From Haliotis rufescens (Eukaryota): a stretch of DNA of 64,000 bases. The position numbers were made by a program, and so were the translations under genes. Below, piece by piece: positions 26,288 through 40,171 of the stretch. The stretch lies in contig NW_025963857.1 in NCBI RefSeq assembly GCF_023055435.1, forward strand, positions 9,424,001 through 9,488,000, written 5' to 3'. The number at the start of each line of letters is the position of its first letter. Position 1 is the stretch's first letter. The notes beneath the pieces were generated by a model that saw only the letters and a program-made list of their open reading frames with translations, was not told the DNA's origin and did no database searches.

Positions 26288-27023
26288 CTGAGGACAAAAG
26301 TAAGAGTAAGTGAAATTTATATAATCAACAAAGTAGAACACAAGCAGACATTTCTAAAGTGACATTTAACTCTTTTTTTCAATGGGGGAGACTACTGGCA
26401 CTATATTCACTATTGCAACAGTATTACGATAGTATTAAACCAACTTAAAGGCTTGATAATTACACAACCAATGTAATAAAACTGAATAAAGTATTGACGG
26501 ATATTTTCCTCTTGTTGCTACTCAAACCAAAGGGAAGTAACTCTAAACTGAAGTCATAATCCTTGCTAATCAACACATAGCAGGTTTGAAATTTGACTGT
26601 CAAAGCTGATTTTTTAATAACTAATAGAGTCTGTTGAAACGATCAATTGTTATGCACACATCTTCAGTACCATTGGTGTCTTAATTCCTATTGATATGTT
26701 AAAATTGTAGAGCAATCAACAGCAATACGTCTATAGTTGGATATATATCGTAACATTCCTAGGCATTGCGGAAGAAGAGTTGATCCTATTGGTTGACATT
26801 GCGTACATGGGTAGGAGGTGGTTACAAAGGATCAACGGGTAAGCTTTTTGAAATTTTCTCTAATATCAAAGAGAACATGGTGAATTGGCATTAACATATT
26901 TTTAAAAATATAATTAGCTCCTCATTTTTGTGTTGAAACACGAGACACAGACCATATTGAGCTACTGGTTCACATACAGTTCTTGATGCACGGTGCTTCA
27001 ACAACAGTGGATGTAAAACAGTA

Positions 27024-27190
27024 GACACAATTTATGGATAACAACTTCTTTATTTTACTGTAATGGTGACAGTTCTGTACAGATCAATATACCATTGCCC
27101 TTGCTTACCAATGACATAAGGATCTATAACAAAACGTTGCCATCACAGTAAAAAAAGACGTTATCCATAAATTGTGTTTTCTTTGTCATC
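27024..27190. mobile_element. Probable Penelope-like terminal-repeat remnant, inverted arrangement
   Basis: Inverted pair acacaatttatggataac..tttattttactgtaatgg / ccatcacagtaaaa..gttatccataaattgtgt; related sequence at 31880-31956. Confidence 0.5.
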
Positions 27191-27229
27191 CGTCAATTTG
27201 CGAGAATTCAAGTTGATGTAAAGACTTAC

Positions 27230-27354
27230 AGGCGTCACTCCATCATCAAGCCGGTGTTCCAGGGCTCGGCGTTCATTGCCCGCAGCCTTGAGGTCCTCTA
27301 ACATCCTCTTCTCTGTGGCCAGTCGTGTCTCATCTATCTGCTCCTGCGTGATGC
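27230..27354 (-). CDS. PPP1R16A: PPP1R16-like coding exon 5
   Basis: ttgcag|ITQEQIDETRLATEKRMLEDLKAAGNERRALEHRLDDGVTP|gtaagt; 125 nt, phase 1 to 0. Confidence 0.94.
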
Positions 27355-27877
27355 CTGCAAAATGAACACACATTCTATTGGCATGTCCCTTGATCAAAGA
27401 CTTCGTCTGGTCACAAATATCAACCAATGAGCTATCAAACAGGACTTTCAGTAATCATATAATTTAAATAGGCTCATTACTTTCTTAATTTTGTTGAAAG
27501 CATTCCACATTCATCAAGTTTAGTCTGAAAATAATATTCGCACAAGTTGGGAAGAGCAGGGTTAGATGGTAGGTTATATAATTTCTTTATCAATTCTATT
27601 TTTATAACAGGCTGAATGAACACATGGATAAAATTGCCAAATAATTTTCGGATCAACAAATTTCAAAATGGCAAACACATTTTAGACCATAAATGTTTGC
27701 CCACAATAGCATACAAAACTTGCATAAACAGGGATCTAACACACATGCAGTCCTTCCATAAAGCAACGAGAGGATAGGATAAAGTTAATTAATATGATTA
27801 CTGTACAGTGTCTAACATAATTTGAACTCTCTTCATCATCCAAGCATCACAGGTTCAGAAGTTCACAATGACTTAAA

Positions 27878-28055
27878 ATGAGTGAGTGAGTGAGTGAGTG
27901 AGTAGGGTTTTACGCCGCTTTTAGCAATATTCCAGCAATATCACAGCGGGGGACACCAGAAATGGGCTTCACACATTGTACCCATGTCGGGAATCGAACC
28001 TGGGTCTTCGGCGTGACGAGCGAACGCTTTAACCACTAGGCTACCCGACCGCCCC
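27878..28055 (-). mobile_element. tRNA-derived SINE family A, young full-length copy
   Basis: A box TAGCCTAGTGG, B box GGTTCGATTCC, (ACTC)n tail, TSD ACAATGACTTAAA on both sides. Confidence 0.92.
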
Positions 28056-28463
28056 ACAATGACTTAAAGAGCTGGGAGATACTCTCAACCATGGATGTAC
28101 AAAGTGCAGAGTGAATGTTTAACATTTCATAGCAGATGAATATGAATATCATTAACCTAAACTTTAACTTTTATGCTAAACACTTTTAACTTATTTGAGA
28201 TGTCTGTGTCCACAGTGTTGTTCAATATCTTACAGATTTCAGTTTCACATTTTTGAATGGCAACCAATCTGAATTTTACAAGATCAATTCTGAACAAGGT
28301 GCCTTTACGTCTCTTATGATTCTGTCCATAGGTACAAGAAAAGAAGACTTCGGATTCACACGATAAAGTCTGTATTTTTTCATGAATAAATTATCAAGCC
28401 ATCTTCTTTGGCCAAAATGAAAATCCTTATTCTGTTGAAATAAGGGACACACAGATCATACTA

Positions 28464-28733
<270 letters not shown>

Positions 28734-28859
28734 TTATCTCTAATGGGCCATGAAGTACACTCACAAATATCTAAGCCTATCGTTAAACTGTAACTTGTAC
28801 TACCAGTCAACCTGAAGACAAGGTCAAGATAAGTGCCATTGCTTAAAGAACATATACAT

Positions 28860-30868
28860 GTTTCAGCGAAGGGCATTGCGCTATACAATGTTTAAATGGA
28901 GGATGCTTCCCCACACAATGTTTAAGTGAAAGATCTGTCCCAATACAATGTTTAAGATGAGGGTGTTGCCCTATACTATGTTTAAGTGGAGGGTGTTGCC
29001 CTATACTATGTTTAAGAGGAGGGTGTTGCCCTATACAATGTTTAAGAGGAGGGTGTTGCCCTATACTATGTTTAAGATGAGGGTGTTGCCCTATACTATG
29101 TTTAAGAGGAGGGTGTTGCCCTATACTATGTTTAAGAGGAGGGTGTTGCCCCATACAGTGTTTAAGAGGAGGGTGTTGCCCTATACAGTGTTTAAGAGAA
29201 GGGTGTTGCCCTATACAGTGTTTAAGAGGAGGGTGTTGCCCTATACAGTGTTTAAGAGAAGGGTGTTGCCCCATACAATGTTTAAGTGGAGGGTATTGCC
29301 CTATACAGTGTTTAAGAGAAGGGTGTTGCCCTATACAGTGTTTAAGAGGAGGGTGTTGCCCTACATGCCCTATCAGTGTTTAAGAGGAGGGTGTTGCCCT
29401 ATCAGTGTTTAAGAGGAGGGTGTTGCCCTATCAGTGTTTAAGAGGAGGGTGTTGCCCTATCAGTGTTTAAGAGGAGGGTGTTGCCCTATACAATGTTTAA
29501 GAGGAGGGTGTTGCCCCATACAATGTTTAAGAGGAGGGTGTTGCCCTATACAGTGTTTAAGAGGAGAGTGTTGCCCTATCAGTGTTTAAGAGGAGGAGGA
29601 GGGTGTTGCCCTATACAGTGTTTAAGAGGAGGGTGTTGCTCCATACAATGTTTAAGAGTAGGGTGTTGCCCCATACAATATTTAAGAGGAGGGTGTTGCC
29701 CTATACAATGTTTAAGAGGAGGAGGAGGGTGTTGCCCTATACAGTGTTTAAGAGGAGGGTGTTGCTCCATACAATGTTTAAGAGTAGGGTGTTGCCCCAT
29801 ACAATATTTAAGAGGAGGGTGTTGCCCTATACAGTGTTTAGGAGGAGGGTGTTGCCCTATACAGTGTTTAAGAGGAGGGTGTTGCCCTATACAGTGTTTA
29901 AGAGGAGGGTGTTGCCCTATACAGTGTTTAAGAGGAGGGTGTTGCCCTATACAATGTTTAAGAGGAGGGTGTTGCCCCATACAATGTTTCAGAGGAGGGT
30001 GTTCCCCTATACAGTGTTTATCTGGAGGTTTGTTGCCCTATACAATGTTTAAGAGGAGGGTGTTGCCCTATACAAATTGTCAAGAGGAGGGTGTTGCCCT
30101 ATACAATGTTTAGGAGGAGGGTGTTGCCCTATACAGTGTTTAAGAGGAGGGTGTTGCCCTATACAGTGTTTAAGAGGAGGGTGTTGCCCCAATCAATGTT
30201 TATCTGGAGGTTTGTTGCCCTATACAGTGTTTAGGAGGAGGGTGTTGCCCTATACAATGTTTAAGAGGAGGGTGTTGCCCTATACAGTGTTTAAGAGGAG
30301 GGTGTTGTCCCATACAATGTTTAAGAGTGAGTGAGTATAGTTTTACGCCGCTTTTAGCAATATTCCAGCAATATCACGGCGGGGGACACCAGAAATGGGC
30401 TTCACACATTGTACCCATGTCGGGAATCGAACCCGGGTCTTCAGCGTGATGAGCGAACGCTTTAACCACTAGGCTACCCGACCGCCCCACAATGTTTAAG
30501 AGGAAGGTGTTGCCCCATACAATGTTTAAGAGGAGGGTGTTGCCCTATCAGTGTTTAAGAGGAGGGTGTTGCCCTATCAGTGTTTAAGAGGAGGGTGTTG
30601 CCCTATACAATGTTTAAGAGGAGGGTGTTGCCCTATACAGTGTTTAGGAGGAGGGTGTTGCCCTATACAATGTTTAAGAGGAGGGTGTTGCCCTATACAA
30701 TGTTTAAGAGGAGGGTGTTGCCCTATACAGTGTTTAGGAGGAGGGTGTTGCCCTATACAATGTTTAAGAGGAGGGTGTTGCCCCATACAATGTTTAAGAG
30801 GAGGGTGTTGCCTATACAGTGTTTAAGAGGAGGGTGTTGCCCTATACTATGTTTAAGAGGAGGGTGTC
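28860..30868. repeat. 30-bp minisatellite, about 60 units, filling PPP1R16 intron 3
   Basis: TTTAAGAGGAGGGTGTTGCCCTATACA(G/A)TG. Confidence 0.97.
30328..30488 (-). mobile_element. SINE family A inserted in the 30-bp minisatellite
   Basis: Near-identical to the 27878 copy; flanking duplication ACAATGTTTAAGAG. Confidence 0.92.
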
Positions 30869-30928
30869 CTCCTTCATGATCTGTGATAATACACCAACAT
30901 TTCACACCAAGTCCTGGCCGTGCAGTCA

Positions 30929-31321
<393 letters not shown>

Positions 31322-32189
31322 CTAAAAGTAAAAATTGGAAGCCCTAGATTCAAATACTATAGAGATCCTAAGGACCCCAGGATACCCCTTAATCATGCAA
31401 AAATCACAAATAGGTAACAATGTAACAATGGACATGATATATCCTTTATGCGTTGTTGTTTTTGCGCTATGCAAATATGCATATTGGTTTTTATGTTTAT
31501 ACCACCATAAATGCAAGAATATGTTGAAGTCATTTCTAATAATCATATATATGTCAACAAGAAGTAACCATGGTAACCCACTGAAATTAGACAATAATAC
31601 AAAATCAGTCACATCATTCAAGTCAATAACGTAACACACACCATACCCAATCCATTACCGGCCAATTTGGAAACTGTGCCTTATTGTTTTTCTTAGTGTT
31701 TGGACATATAAACGTCGTTTGGCCTAAAACACCAGCTATGAGGTTCCGATTTCCAGACCAAGACTAATCTCAGGTGATGACCCAACTTAAATCTCAGGTG
31801 ATGACCCTAACTTTTTATGAGTACTCACTTTTTGTTACAAAAATAGTTTACAGAAGTTCTCAACAGTAAGGACAAGATATGTTACGGATGAAACTTCATT
31901 ATTCTACTATGATGTGATGTTTCGGTATGCATCCTTATTCCGTTGTCAAGCAAGAGTAAATCATTGCCAATCAAACAGTTTGCCAACATGGTCGTAGGTT
32001 TATAATAAAAATAATACATACCTACCTACCATAGCCTACTCTATTTTAAAAATAGGTGTAATTGAAACCACAACAACATATTTATGAGGTCGTTTTGGTA
32101 GGCTGAGATCTACACCATTATCACTCATGATGAGAGTCATCATCACCACCTAGACTTTGTCGTCCATGGTGGTCACAGTCCAAGTAGGT

Positions 32190-32731
32190 TTCTTTGTTTG
32201 TTGTTTCACCAGACAATCCAGTGATTGATATCATGAGTATCAATCTATGCAATTGGGATACGATGACATGCATCAACCAAGTCAGCAAGCCTGATCACCC
32301 AATCCTCTTACAACAAGCATAAGTTCCTAAAGACCAGACCGCCTCCATGGTCTAGTGGTAGAGCGTCCGCCCAGAGAGCGGAAGGTCCGGGGTTCGATCC
32401 CCGACCGCGTCATACCAAAAGAAGTTAAAAGATGGTACTTGTTGTTACCCTGTCTGGCGCTTGGCATTTAAGGGGCTAAAACAAGGACTGGTCGGCTCAG
32501 AGTCAGTATACTGTGTCTGAGTGGTTTATTCATGTTAAACTGCGGCATGGTATCTCAGTGAGGTAGCACTATAAATCGGCATCAGTCCGGACTAGTACAA
32601 GCAGCCACACAAACACACACACATACATGCACGTCGCTATATAAGTGCAATAATCTTGGACGTGACGTTAAACCCCATTTCACCTCACCTCACCACCTAA
32701 AGACCAATTCTAATGCAGGTCTTCACAGGTA
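32190..32731 (-). mobile_element. Family B copy split by a family D SINE
   Basis: B sequence at 32190-32325 resumes at 32707-32731. Confidence 0.8.
32337..32695 (+). mobile_element. tRNA-derived SINE family D (central domain resembles the MetaSINE type)
   Basis: A box TGGTCTAGTGG, B box GGTTCGATCCC, gtcataccaaaaga..aaaagatggtac central block, TSD CCTAAAGACCA (32326-32336, 32696-32706). Confidence 0.9.
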
Positions 32732-33265
32732 CACACTGTAAGTACAGCAAACACTGACCACTATACATAGCAAACGCTCAGCATGTTCACTGATATCTCC
32801 ATTTCAGTTGAATCTGGATGTTCTTAGACAAACATGAGTGCAGGAAAGTCACATTGAAGTGCCCACTGGAATATTCTGTCCCTTCCTTTACAAGAGAGTT
32901 CTGAATGAGTGTGAGTGTGTACGAGCAGGGAAAATGGCTGTATCTATCACCGCAAGTACCCCCACCAAACTTCGGAAAATAATAATTGATGCAACTATTT
33001 CATATTTATTCTTATACTGCTACTGTATATATGGCATACTACATATCCATCCGATATCAAGAGTTAGATTAGTTATCATGGTTATGTACAGAATATTTCT
33101 CATGTTCATGCACCGTGATGCCAAAAAAAGAAATGATTGTTAAAAAATATATGACACATCAAGATGTTTCTACAATTCCAAATATAGGCCTATAGTGTTA
33201 AATAAAAAACAGAAATTATTCATATTTTTATTCTATTTTACTTCATTTTCAACTATTTCTTATTT

Positions 33266-33409
33266 NNNNNNNNNNNNNNNNNNNNNNNNNNNNNNNNNNN
33301 NNNNNNNNNNNNNNNNNNNNNNNNNNNNNNNNNNNNNNNNNNNNNNNNNNNNNNNNNNNNNNNNNNNNNNNNNNNNNNNNNNNNNNNNNNNNNNNNNNNN
33401 NNNNNNNNN
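33266..33409. other. Assembly gap (N run) in PPP1R16 intron 2
   Basis: Run of N. Confidence 0.99.
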
Positions 33410-33881
33410 AGAATCAATACAACTCATATCTTCATGGCATGCATAGATATCTAGGCACGATCAGCAAACTGTTGCAAGTATGAAATACCCTCTTGACACA
33501 AGGACAACTTTCACATTGCTCAAGATGTTTTTGTTGCAAATGGAGCAGTTAAGGTGAGTGAGTGCATCATATTCTCACTGTACTGCTTCTGGTAAGCTGT
33601 ACATTTCCCCTTTCCCCGAAACATAAAACACAAGATTAAAACCTTGCAGTAGTTTATCATGATGTATTGAGTTCAACATCACTTTTAAAATATATGTATT
33701 ATTCACAGTGTCATATCACTAAAGGAGGTAGATCTAAAATGTTTACCACTTTGGTGACACACATAAGCAGAGGTGTTTCGAATCATAATGAACCTCGGAT
33801 TTGAACCCAATATCATAGGATTCTGGCACACCTAAGGGACAGAACTCTGCACAGAAATTGCAACGCCTGAGACATGTTATT

Positions 33882-34104
33882 CGTTTTTTTGTTTGAGGTT
33901 AAACTTCACACTCAGCAATATTCCAGCTATATGACGGCGGTCTGTAAATAATCGAGTCTGGACCAGACAATCCAGTTATTGACATCATGAGCATTGATCC
34001 ACCTTATTGGGATAACATGACATGCATCAATCAACCAAGTCAGCGAGTCTGACCACCCGAATCCGTTAGTCACTTTTAACAGCAAGCATGGGTTGCTGAA
34101 GATT
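33882..34104 (-). mobile_element. Family B copy
   Basis: ctcagcaatattccagctatatgacggcgg...gcatgggttgctgaaga. Confidence 0.87.
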
Positions 34105-34464
34105 GAGACATGTTAGACATATGGAACAACTGTGCACCAATGTAGCAGAAACACAGTCCCCGAAATTCACGCCAGCCTGCTGGCCTGAGACTACAAAATT
34201 ATGCTGAGGACAAGTAAGCATATAATGTTGGTGGTCCCCATAAGCCATAATTCTGAACTAGTTCTCAATGCTTCAGTTTTTTTACAAACTGGAACTGAAT
34301 AATACTGACAGCAAATTAAGCACAGTAACCATGGTAACATTTTGGTCTCATTCAAGCAGGACTAGGTCAATATATTTTTTCCTTCAATTCCTCTGGACTA
34401 GTTTAAAAAATAAATTTCTGAGGATGGCAATATTCCAACAACATGTACAGGTACTAAGCCTTAC

Positions 34465-34535
34465 CTGGTGTAATGCTGTCAGTCCATCTTCATTTGTAAC
34501 ATTAGGGTCAGTCTTGGTTTGTAAAAGATTCCGAA
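34465..34535 (-). CDS. PPP1R16A: PPP1R16-like coding exon 2 (ankyrin repeat)
   Basis: tacag|TT..(V)RNLLQTKTDPNVTNEDGLTALHQ|gtaagg; 71 nt, phase 1 to 0. Confidence 0.95.
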
Positions 34536-35399
34536 CTGTAAACACAATGCAAACATTTACTAAGCATTTCACCACAAATTAACCATGGTAAGCATATACC
34601 ACTTACTGCGCTTAACATGCTTACATAGACTTGCATGGCAGCAAACTGCCAATTATCTAGATTACATATCACGGAATATTATGATGATGATATTCTAGTT
34701 TATTCATCATGATGATATTGTCTATGTTAAATCTGACCAGTGCACCTAGACCACCTTTTGAGTTGGCTTTTAGCGGTTGACACAGGTACCACAAGAGCCT
34801 AGAGTCAGGGAAACAGAAAGTTTTTATTCAAACATCCGATAAAAAAATAGTCTGTTTCTTTTGCACAACAAAGATTACTTACAGGAAGCACCTTGTTATC
34901 TGTAAAGTTTCTATATTAATTCTGTTAAAAACAGTATGATTACTCTTTAGCCGGACAAAATGTCAAAAATGCTCCAACTAAACCAAATTATATTTTTGGG
35001 CGTTATGTCTACCAAAACAAAACTGGTTCACCTCCCTCATATTGTACACAGGCTCAAACATAAGTTTGGACACAAACATGGTGAAGCCATATCATTTTAA
35101 CACTTTACGACACTAATTTCTCCTTCAGAGCTGTAGTTGATATCCCTAGCTAGTCAAATATACTTTAACATATGGATATGCCATTGGTTATTGCCAAACA
35201 CCCAATCAGCAATCTTGCAGCTATTCGCAGCAAGATTTTTATTAAAACTCTCATCCTTGGAAAAAAACACAAATACTTGTTTTAAATCGAAAATATACCC
35301 TCAGATGTGGGTTTCCTTCACACAGAGACATTCTACAAACAACTGATAACTAAATCAATAAACCAACTGTTAGATTGAAAGTTAAATCTACTTCACGTT

Positions 35400-36290
35400 G
35401 ACCTACATTAAAATCTGGACATAAACATGATAAACATGGTCATGAAATTCTTAACTTGCTTCATACATGTCACATGTGACCTACATTGAAACCCTAACAT
35501 GCTGATCCAACCATGGTGACTCTTGACATGCCTCACATTTACACTGTCGACCGATATTCAATCCTTACAACTATTGACTTGTTGCATACTGACTTATATT
35601 GAAAACTTGATTTAACAAATCTGGTCATGTGAAAACTGACTTGCTGCATATTGACGAACATTCAAATCTGGCTATAACAAATTAGGTCATGTAAATTTTG
35701 ACTTGCTGCATACTGATCCACTTTAAAAAGTTGATATAACAAATTTGGTCACGTGAATACTGACTTACTGCATATTGACGAACATTCAAATCTGGCTATA
35801 ACAAATGTGGTCATGTAAATTTTGACTTGCTGCATACTGATCCACTTTAAAATGTTGATATAACAAATTTGGTCACGTGAATACTGACATACTGCATATT
35901 GACATATATTCAAACATTGATACATGTATAACAAATTGGGTGATGTGATATCTGACTCGATGCATACTGACGTACATTCAAACCTGGCTATAACAAATTT
36001 GGTCATGTGAAAACAGACTTGCAGCATAGTGACTTTCATTCAAACCTTAATATAACAAATCTGGTCATGTAAATTTTGACGTACTGCATATTGACGTACA
36101 TTCAAACCTGGGCATAACAAATGTGGGCCTGAATATTTACTTCATGCTCTGTTAATGCAGCCAGGCACTGTGAGCCGTGCACTTACCAATGAAACTCGTA
36201 ACTCCAAAGAGAAATAAAATAAAAAACAAAACAATGAAAGTCATAACTGATTTCACACTGACCTACATTCAAACCAGGACATAACAAACG
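35400..36290. repeat. Degenerate 62-bp minisatellite with alternating unit types
   Basis: ATAACAAAT.TGGTCA.GT recurs at 62-bp spacing (35674, 35736, 35798...). Confidence 0.85.
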
Positions 36291-37869
36291 TCATGTTACT
36301 ATGGTTACTCGTGTCCATATTAATAGTGACTTACATTCACCTGCGAACAAAAGAATTTGACAGGGATTTTTCAAGGATTCCAAACAAAGTTCCCTAGGCA
36401 GACAAATTGGATATAAAACAAGTTTGTTCAAATTAGGGATTTTCTTTAAAGTCGTTATATTCATAAATTCAGGGGTACTTTTATTCTTCCACTCAATACA
36501 AAACCATAAACTCAATACAAAACCATAACACTAAACATTAAAGCCTGTTCATGTTTACTGGTTCTGCTATCAGTGAATAGCAAGACCCCTCTGCAAAGTG
36601 ATAACATTGTTATTACCATACTAAAATGACATGGCAAATATTTCATTCTAATTTGGGACTTTTTACTGACATTTGCGTCAGACTTGAGGCTGCATATGAG
36701 CTTTCAAGTAGGTCTAGATAAATCCATGTTTGATCATCAAATCCGGATAACTCTTGACTTCATTTCAACAATTTGCTGGTTATTTTAAGAGAAAATTACC
36801 AAATTTTGCCATATTCCATCTGTATTTGTTAAAGCTATCTTCAAGAAATCAATGGATGTCACAAAATTGTCGGTTTTGCCAATACTGAATTATTGATAAA
36901 GGTCAGTAATTATCAATAATTAGGAACTTTTAAATACAACATGTACAAAGATATTGGTTTTATAATTCTGAATGATTATCAATGATTAACTGCACTGAGC
37001 ATGAGAAGTATACCCAACAGATTTCCATGTTACCATGGTGAAAGGAAGAACAAGTGCAAGCATTTCAACCAATGAACCTGGCAGCTAGTGATAATACTGT
37101 TGATAAATAATGTTATTTCTTGTCTTTTTCAATGTCCACCAACTACCCACCTGCTAGAACCAATAATGTTGGTAAATGGTGTTATTTATTACTTGCCCGT
37201 GAAGACATCACCCGTTTAATAACAATAAGCTGGTATTACACAGTGACGAAAAACAAAGCGCATACTTATGTTCTGCCAGAACAAGTTTACAAAGAAAACA
37301 CAATTAATGGAACAAGTTTGACCAACAAAGTAACAAATGTTGAAAACTCTCAACATCCCTTGGCTCATTCAACAACATTGCATGTAGAGATTATATATCA
37401 CCGAGAAGAGCTCATGCACACTCGACATGGCATTGTTTCTCCAGAGTGTCTTGCAACCAAATTTTACAATTTATGTCATAGGGTATTGTGACGTGATCGT
37501 AAACGTTGTGATGCAAGGCCCCATTCAAAAAAGTTTATGATAAAATATGGGAGCTACGATAACCTTTGACAACTTTGTGGGATGGACCCCTGAATGCTAA
37601 AGGTAGGCCCCTGTATGGTAGTAAATTAATACCTGTCAACTTTTGATGTGTTTGAAGAATGATTCTGTTAAACTTAATAGGATTTTGCTGGTGATCAAGT
37701 AGATATCTGCCTATTCATACACAGAAGTGATGTTTTTAAAGTAATAAGCGGTAAGTAAAAAAAAAAAACTAAACAAGTTCCCATTTAATACCAAATTTAT
37801 GAAACTCGTGACTAGTTCTGGTATCCTCTATTGATTACCTTCTTCTCTGTCAACCAAGTACCTAGCAAT

Positions 37870-38143
37870 TTTTGTTTTGCTTTTCTTGTTTGTTGTTTAA
37901 CGCCGCACTCAGCAATATTCCAGCTATATGATGGCAGTCTGTAAATAATCAAGTCTGGATCAAACAATCCTGTGATTGACATCATGAGCATCAGTCCACA
38001 CAATTGGGATTGATTACATTCATCAACCAAGTCAGCGAACCTGACCACCCGATCCCGTTAGTTGCCTCTTATGACAAGCATAGTCGTCTTTTTGGCAAGC
38101 ATGGGTTGCTGAAGAACTATTCTACCCCGGAAATTCACAGGTC
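37870..38143 (-). mobile_element. Family B copy inserted in the 70-bp donor-derived array
   Basis: Full-length B similarity; array units on both sides. Confidence 0.88.
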
Positions 38144-38412
38144 TAGCTGCTAGTAACAAATACTGTGGGTCAATAATGTTATTTAATCCCTTCTTCTGTG
38201 TCAACCCACTCCCTAGCTGCTAGTAACAAATACTGTGGGTCAATAATGTTATTTAATCCCTTCTTCTGTGTCAACCCACTCCCTAGCTGCTAGTAACAAA
38301 TACTGTGGGTCAATAATGTTATTTAATCCCTTCTTCTGTGTCAACCCACTCCCTAGCTGCTAGTAACAATACTGTTGGTAAATAATGTTTTTTATTACCT
38401 TCTTCAATGTCA
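38143..38412. repeat. 70-bp tandem repeat overlapping the exon 1 donor junction
   Basis: CTAGCTGCTAGTAAC at 38143, 38213, 38283 and 38353; last unit runs into the exon end. Confidence 0.92.
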
Positions 38413-38669
38413 TTTCTTGCCGCAGACTCCAACAATGCTATGCTACTTATGAATTTGACTCGGATATTTTTCTTTTTTTTCTGTCTCTGAATAGAATTCT
38501 GTTGAGATGTAGATTTCTTCTTCTTTGAGTCTTTATCCAAGTGTTTCTCATACTGGCTAAATTTTTTCAGCTGCTGTGTGCGCCGTTTCCGCGCATGTTT
38601 TAGCCGATCCTGAGTCGACATCCTTTCCACGGACGCCATCTCATTAACCAGCTCGCTATGGTCAGTCAT
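38399..38669 (-). CDS. PPP1R16A: PP1 regulatory subunit 16A/16B-like (MYPT3/TIMAP), coding exon 1
   Basis: MTDHSELVNEM...RKRRTQQLKKF (MyPhoNE-like)...IRVKF (RVxF PP1-docking)...LLESAARNDIEE; donor G|GTAATA, 271 nt, phase 1; likely upstream acceptor tttcag at 38947 (5'UTR part 38670-38946). Confidence 0.93.
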
Positions 38670-38971
38670 CCTGGCAGCGTCAGTCAGATATCACAAGTAT
38701 AGGAGAACACAGCTAGAGGTAACGCCCACACAGTGAGTCCTGCCCCATCACAGAAGCCAAGGACAGTAATCAGAGTCTGCAGGTGACAAGCCACACCTTC
38801 TCTCCATAGGCCAACACAGGGCCTACGTCTACAGGAAGTTGCCTATGCTGTCTGAGAGAGGCTCCACATGAAGTACATCCAACAGTAGGTCTCCTGTAAG
38901 GTGGGCGGAGTCGACCTTGGTCCTCTGTGGACTAGTTGCAAGTCACCTGAAACAAACATCAGATATCAGAC

Positions 38972-39456
38972 CAATCTCATGGAAATCAGTTCTTAGTTCT
39001 CCCTATAGCTGAACAAAGATCTGAGGACATCCCATTACGACCTTTCATCTCACCAGTCGGAGCGTCGCTTACCAGATCATGAAAGTGACACACAGAATGT
39101 GTTTTCTAATCATGTAACCATGAAATATTTAAAAGAGGGTATTCCGAACGACAGTAACAGGTTTCATGATTATATCCATACAATACAGGCCATCTATAAG
39201 CCATTCCAGAATGTTCTTTTAATCAGTTTTAAAAATTTTAACCGAGAATACGTCAAAATATGTTTCGAAGCATAGTCGCCAGTTTGAAACTAGTGTTGTA
39301 AAGCTCGAAAAAGCTGCCTTCTGATTGGCTAATGTCGATTTCTTGTCAGTCATTTCATTGATTGGTCAAAAGTTGTTCTGACGTGAACCCTAATGGGATG
39401 TCTTTAGATCCTTGTTTAGCGGTAGCAAAAACTAAGATCTGATTTTAATGAGATTG
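38972..39456. mobile_element. MITE with about 65-bp TIRs (possibly Mutator-like)
   Basis: TIR CAATCTCAT..AAATCAG.TCTTAGTT...; imperfect 9-bp TSD ending TCAGAC; second copy at 60605. Confidence 0.85.
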
Positions 39457-39605
39457 CTTTCAGACGCGGTCCACAAGACCCAGGACAGAAACAAGGGCTG
39501 TGTTAAGATCCACAGAACAATTAGTGCACCACAATATTATGTGCCACGATACGACTATTGATACAAAACCATACAAGGGTATAATAGCATGAAGATTAAT
39601 CATAA

Positions 39606-39872
39606 GGTGAGGTCGCGTCCAAGATTATTGCACTTATATAGCGATGTGCATGTACGTGTGTGTTTGTGTGGCTGCTTGTACTAGCCCGGACTGACACAGT
39701 ATACTGACTCCGAGCCGACCAGTCCTTATTTTAGCCCCTTCATGCCGAGCGCCAGACAGGGTAACAACAAGCACCATCTTTTAACGTCTTTTGGTCTGAT
39801 GTGGCCGGGGCTCGAACGCCGGACCTTCCGCTCTCCTGGTGGACGCTCTACCACTAGACCACGGAGGCGGTC
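39606..39872 (-). mobile_element. SINE family D
   Basis: Similar to the 32337 copy; TSD AGATTA(A/T)TCATAA; a third decayed copy at about 22530-22850 (minus). Confidence 0.87.
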
Positions 39873-40171
39873 AGATTATTCATAAATATCTATTTTCTGC
39901 TTGTATGTACAATTATATAAAAGTCGCAATCAACTGGTTTATTAATTAATTCAAATCTACTAAAAAACATTTCAGTGCAGCTACTATTATTTCCCTTCTA
40001 ATTAGGGAATGTTTCCTTCACATGACGAGTAGCGATTTCTTTTGCATCAAATTAAGACACGAAATATGTATTGACACAAATTAAAGCACATCTTGCATCA
40101 TTCTACAATGATAGCTTTGTTCATTTAACATATAGTGATGCACAGGTTATGTCAGTGTTACTTGACATAAT

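Noticed and set aside
27978-28055. tRNA genes (A/B boxes, cloverleaf-like heads in families A, C and D)
   Set aside because: They continue into SINE bodies and tails with TSDs and lack a proper acceptor stem and terminator.
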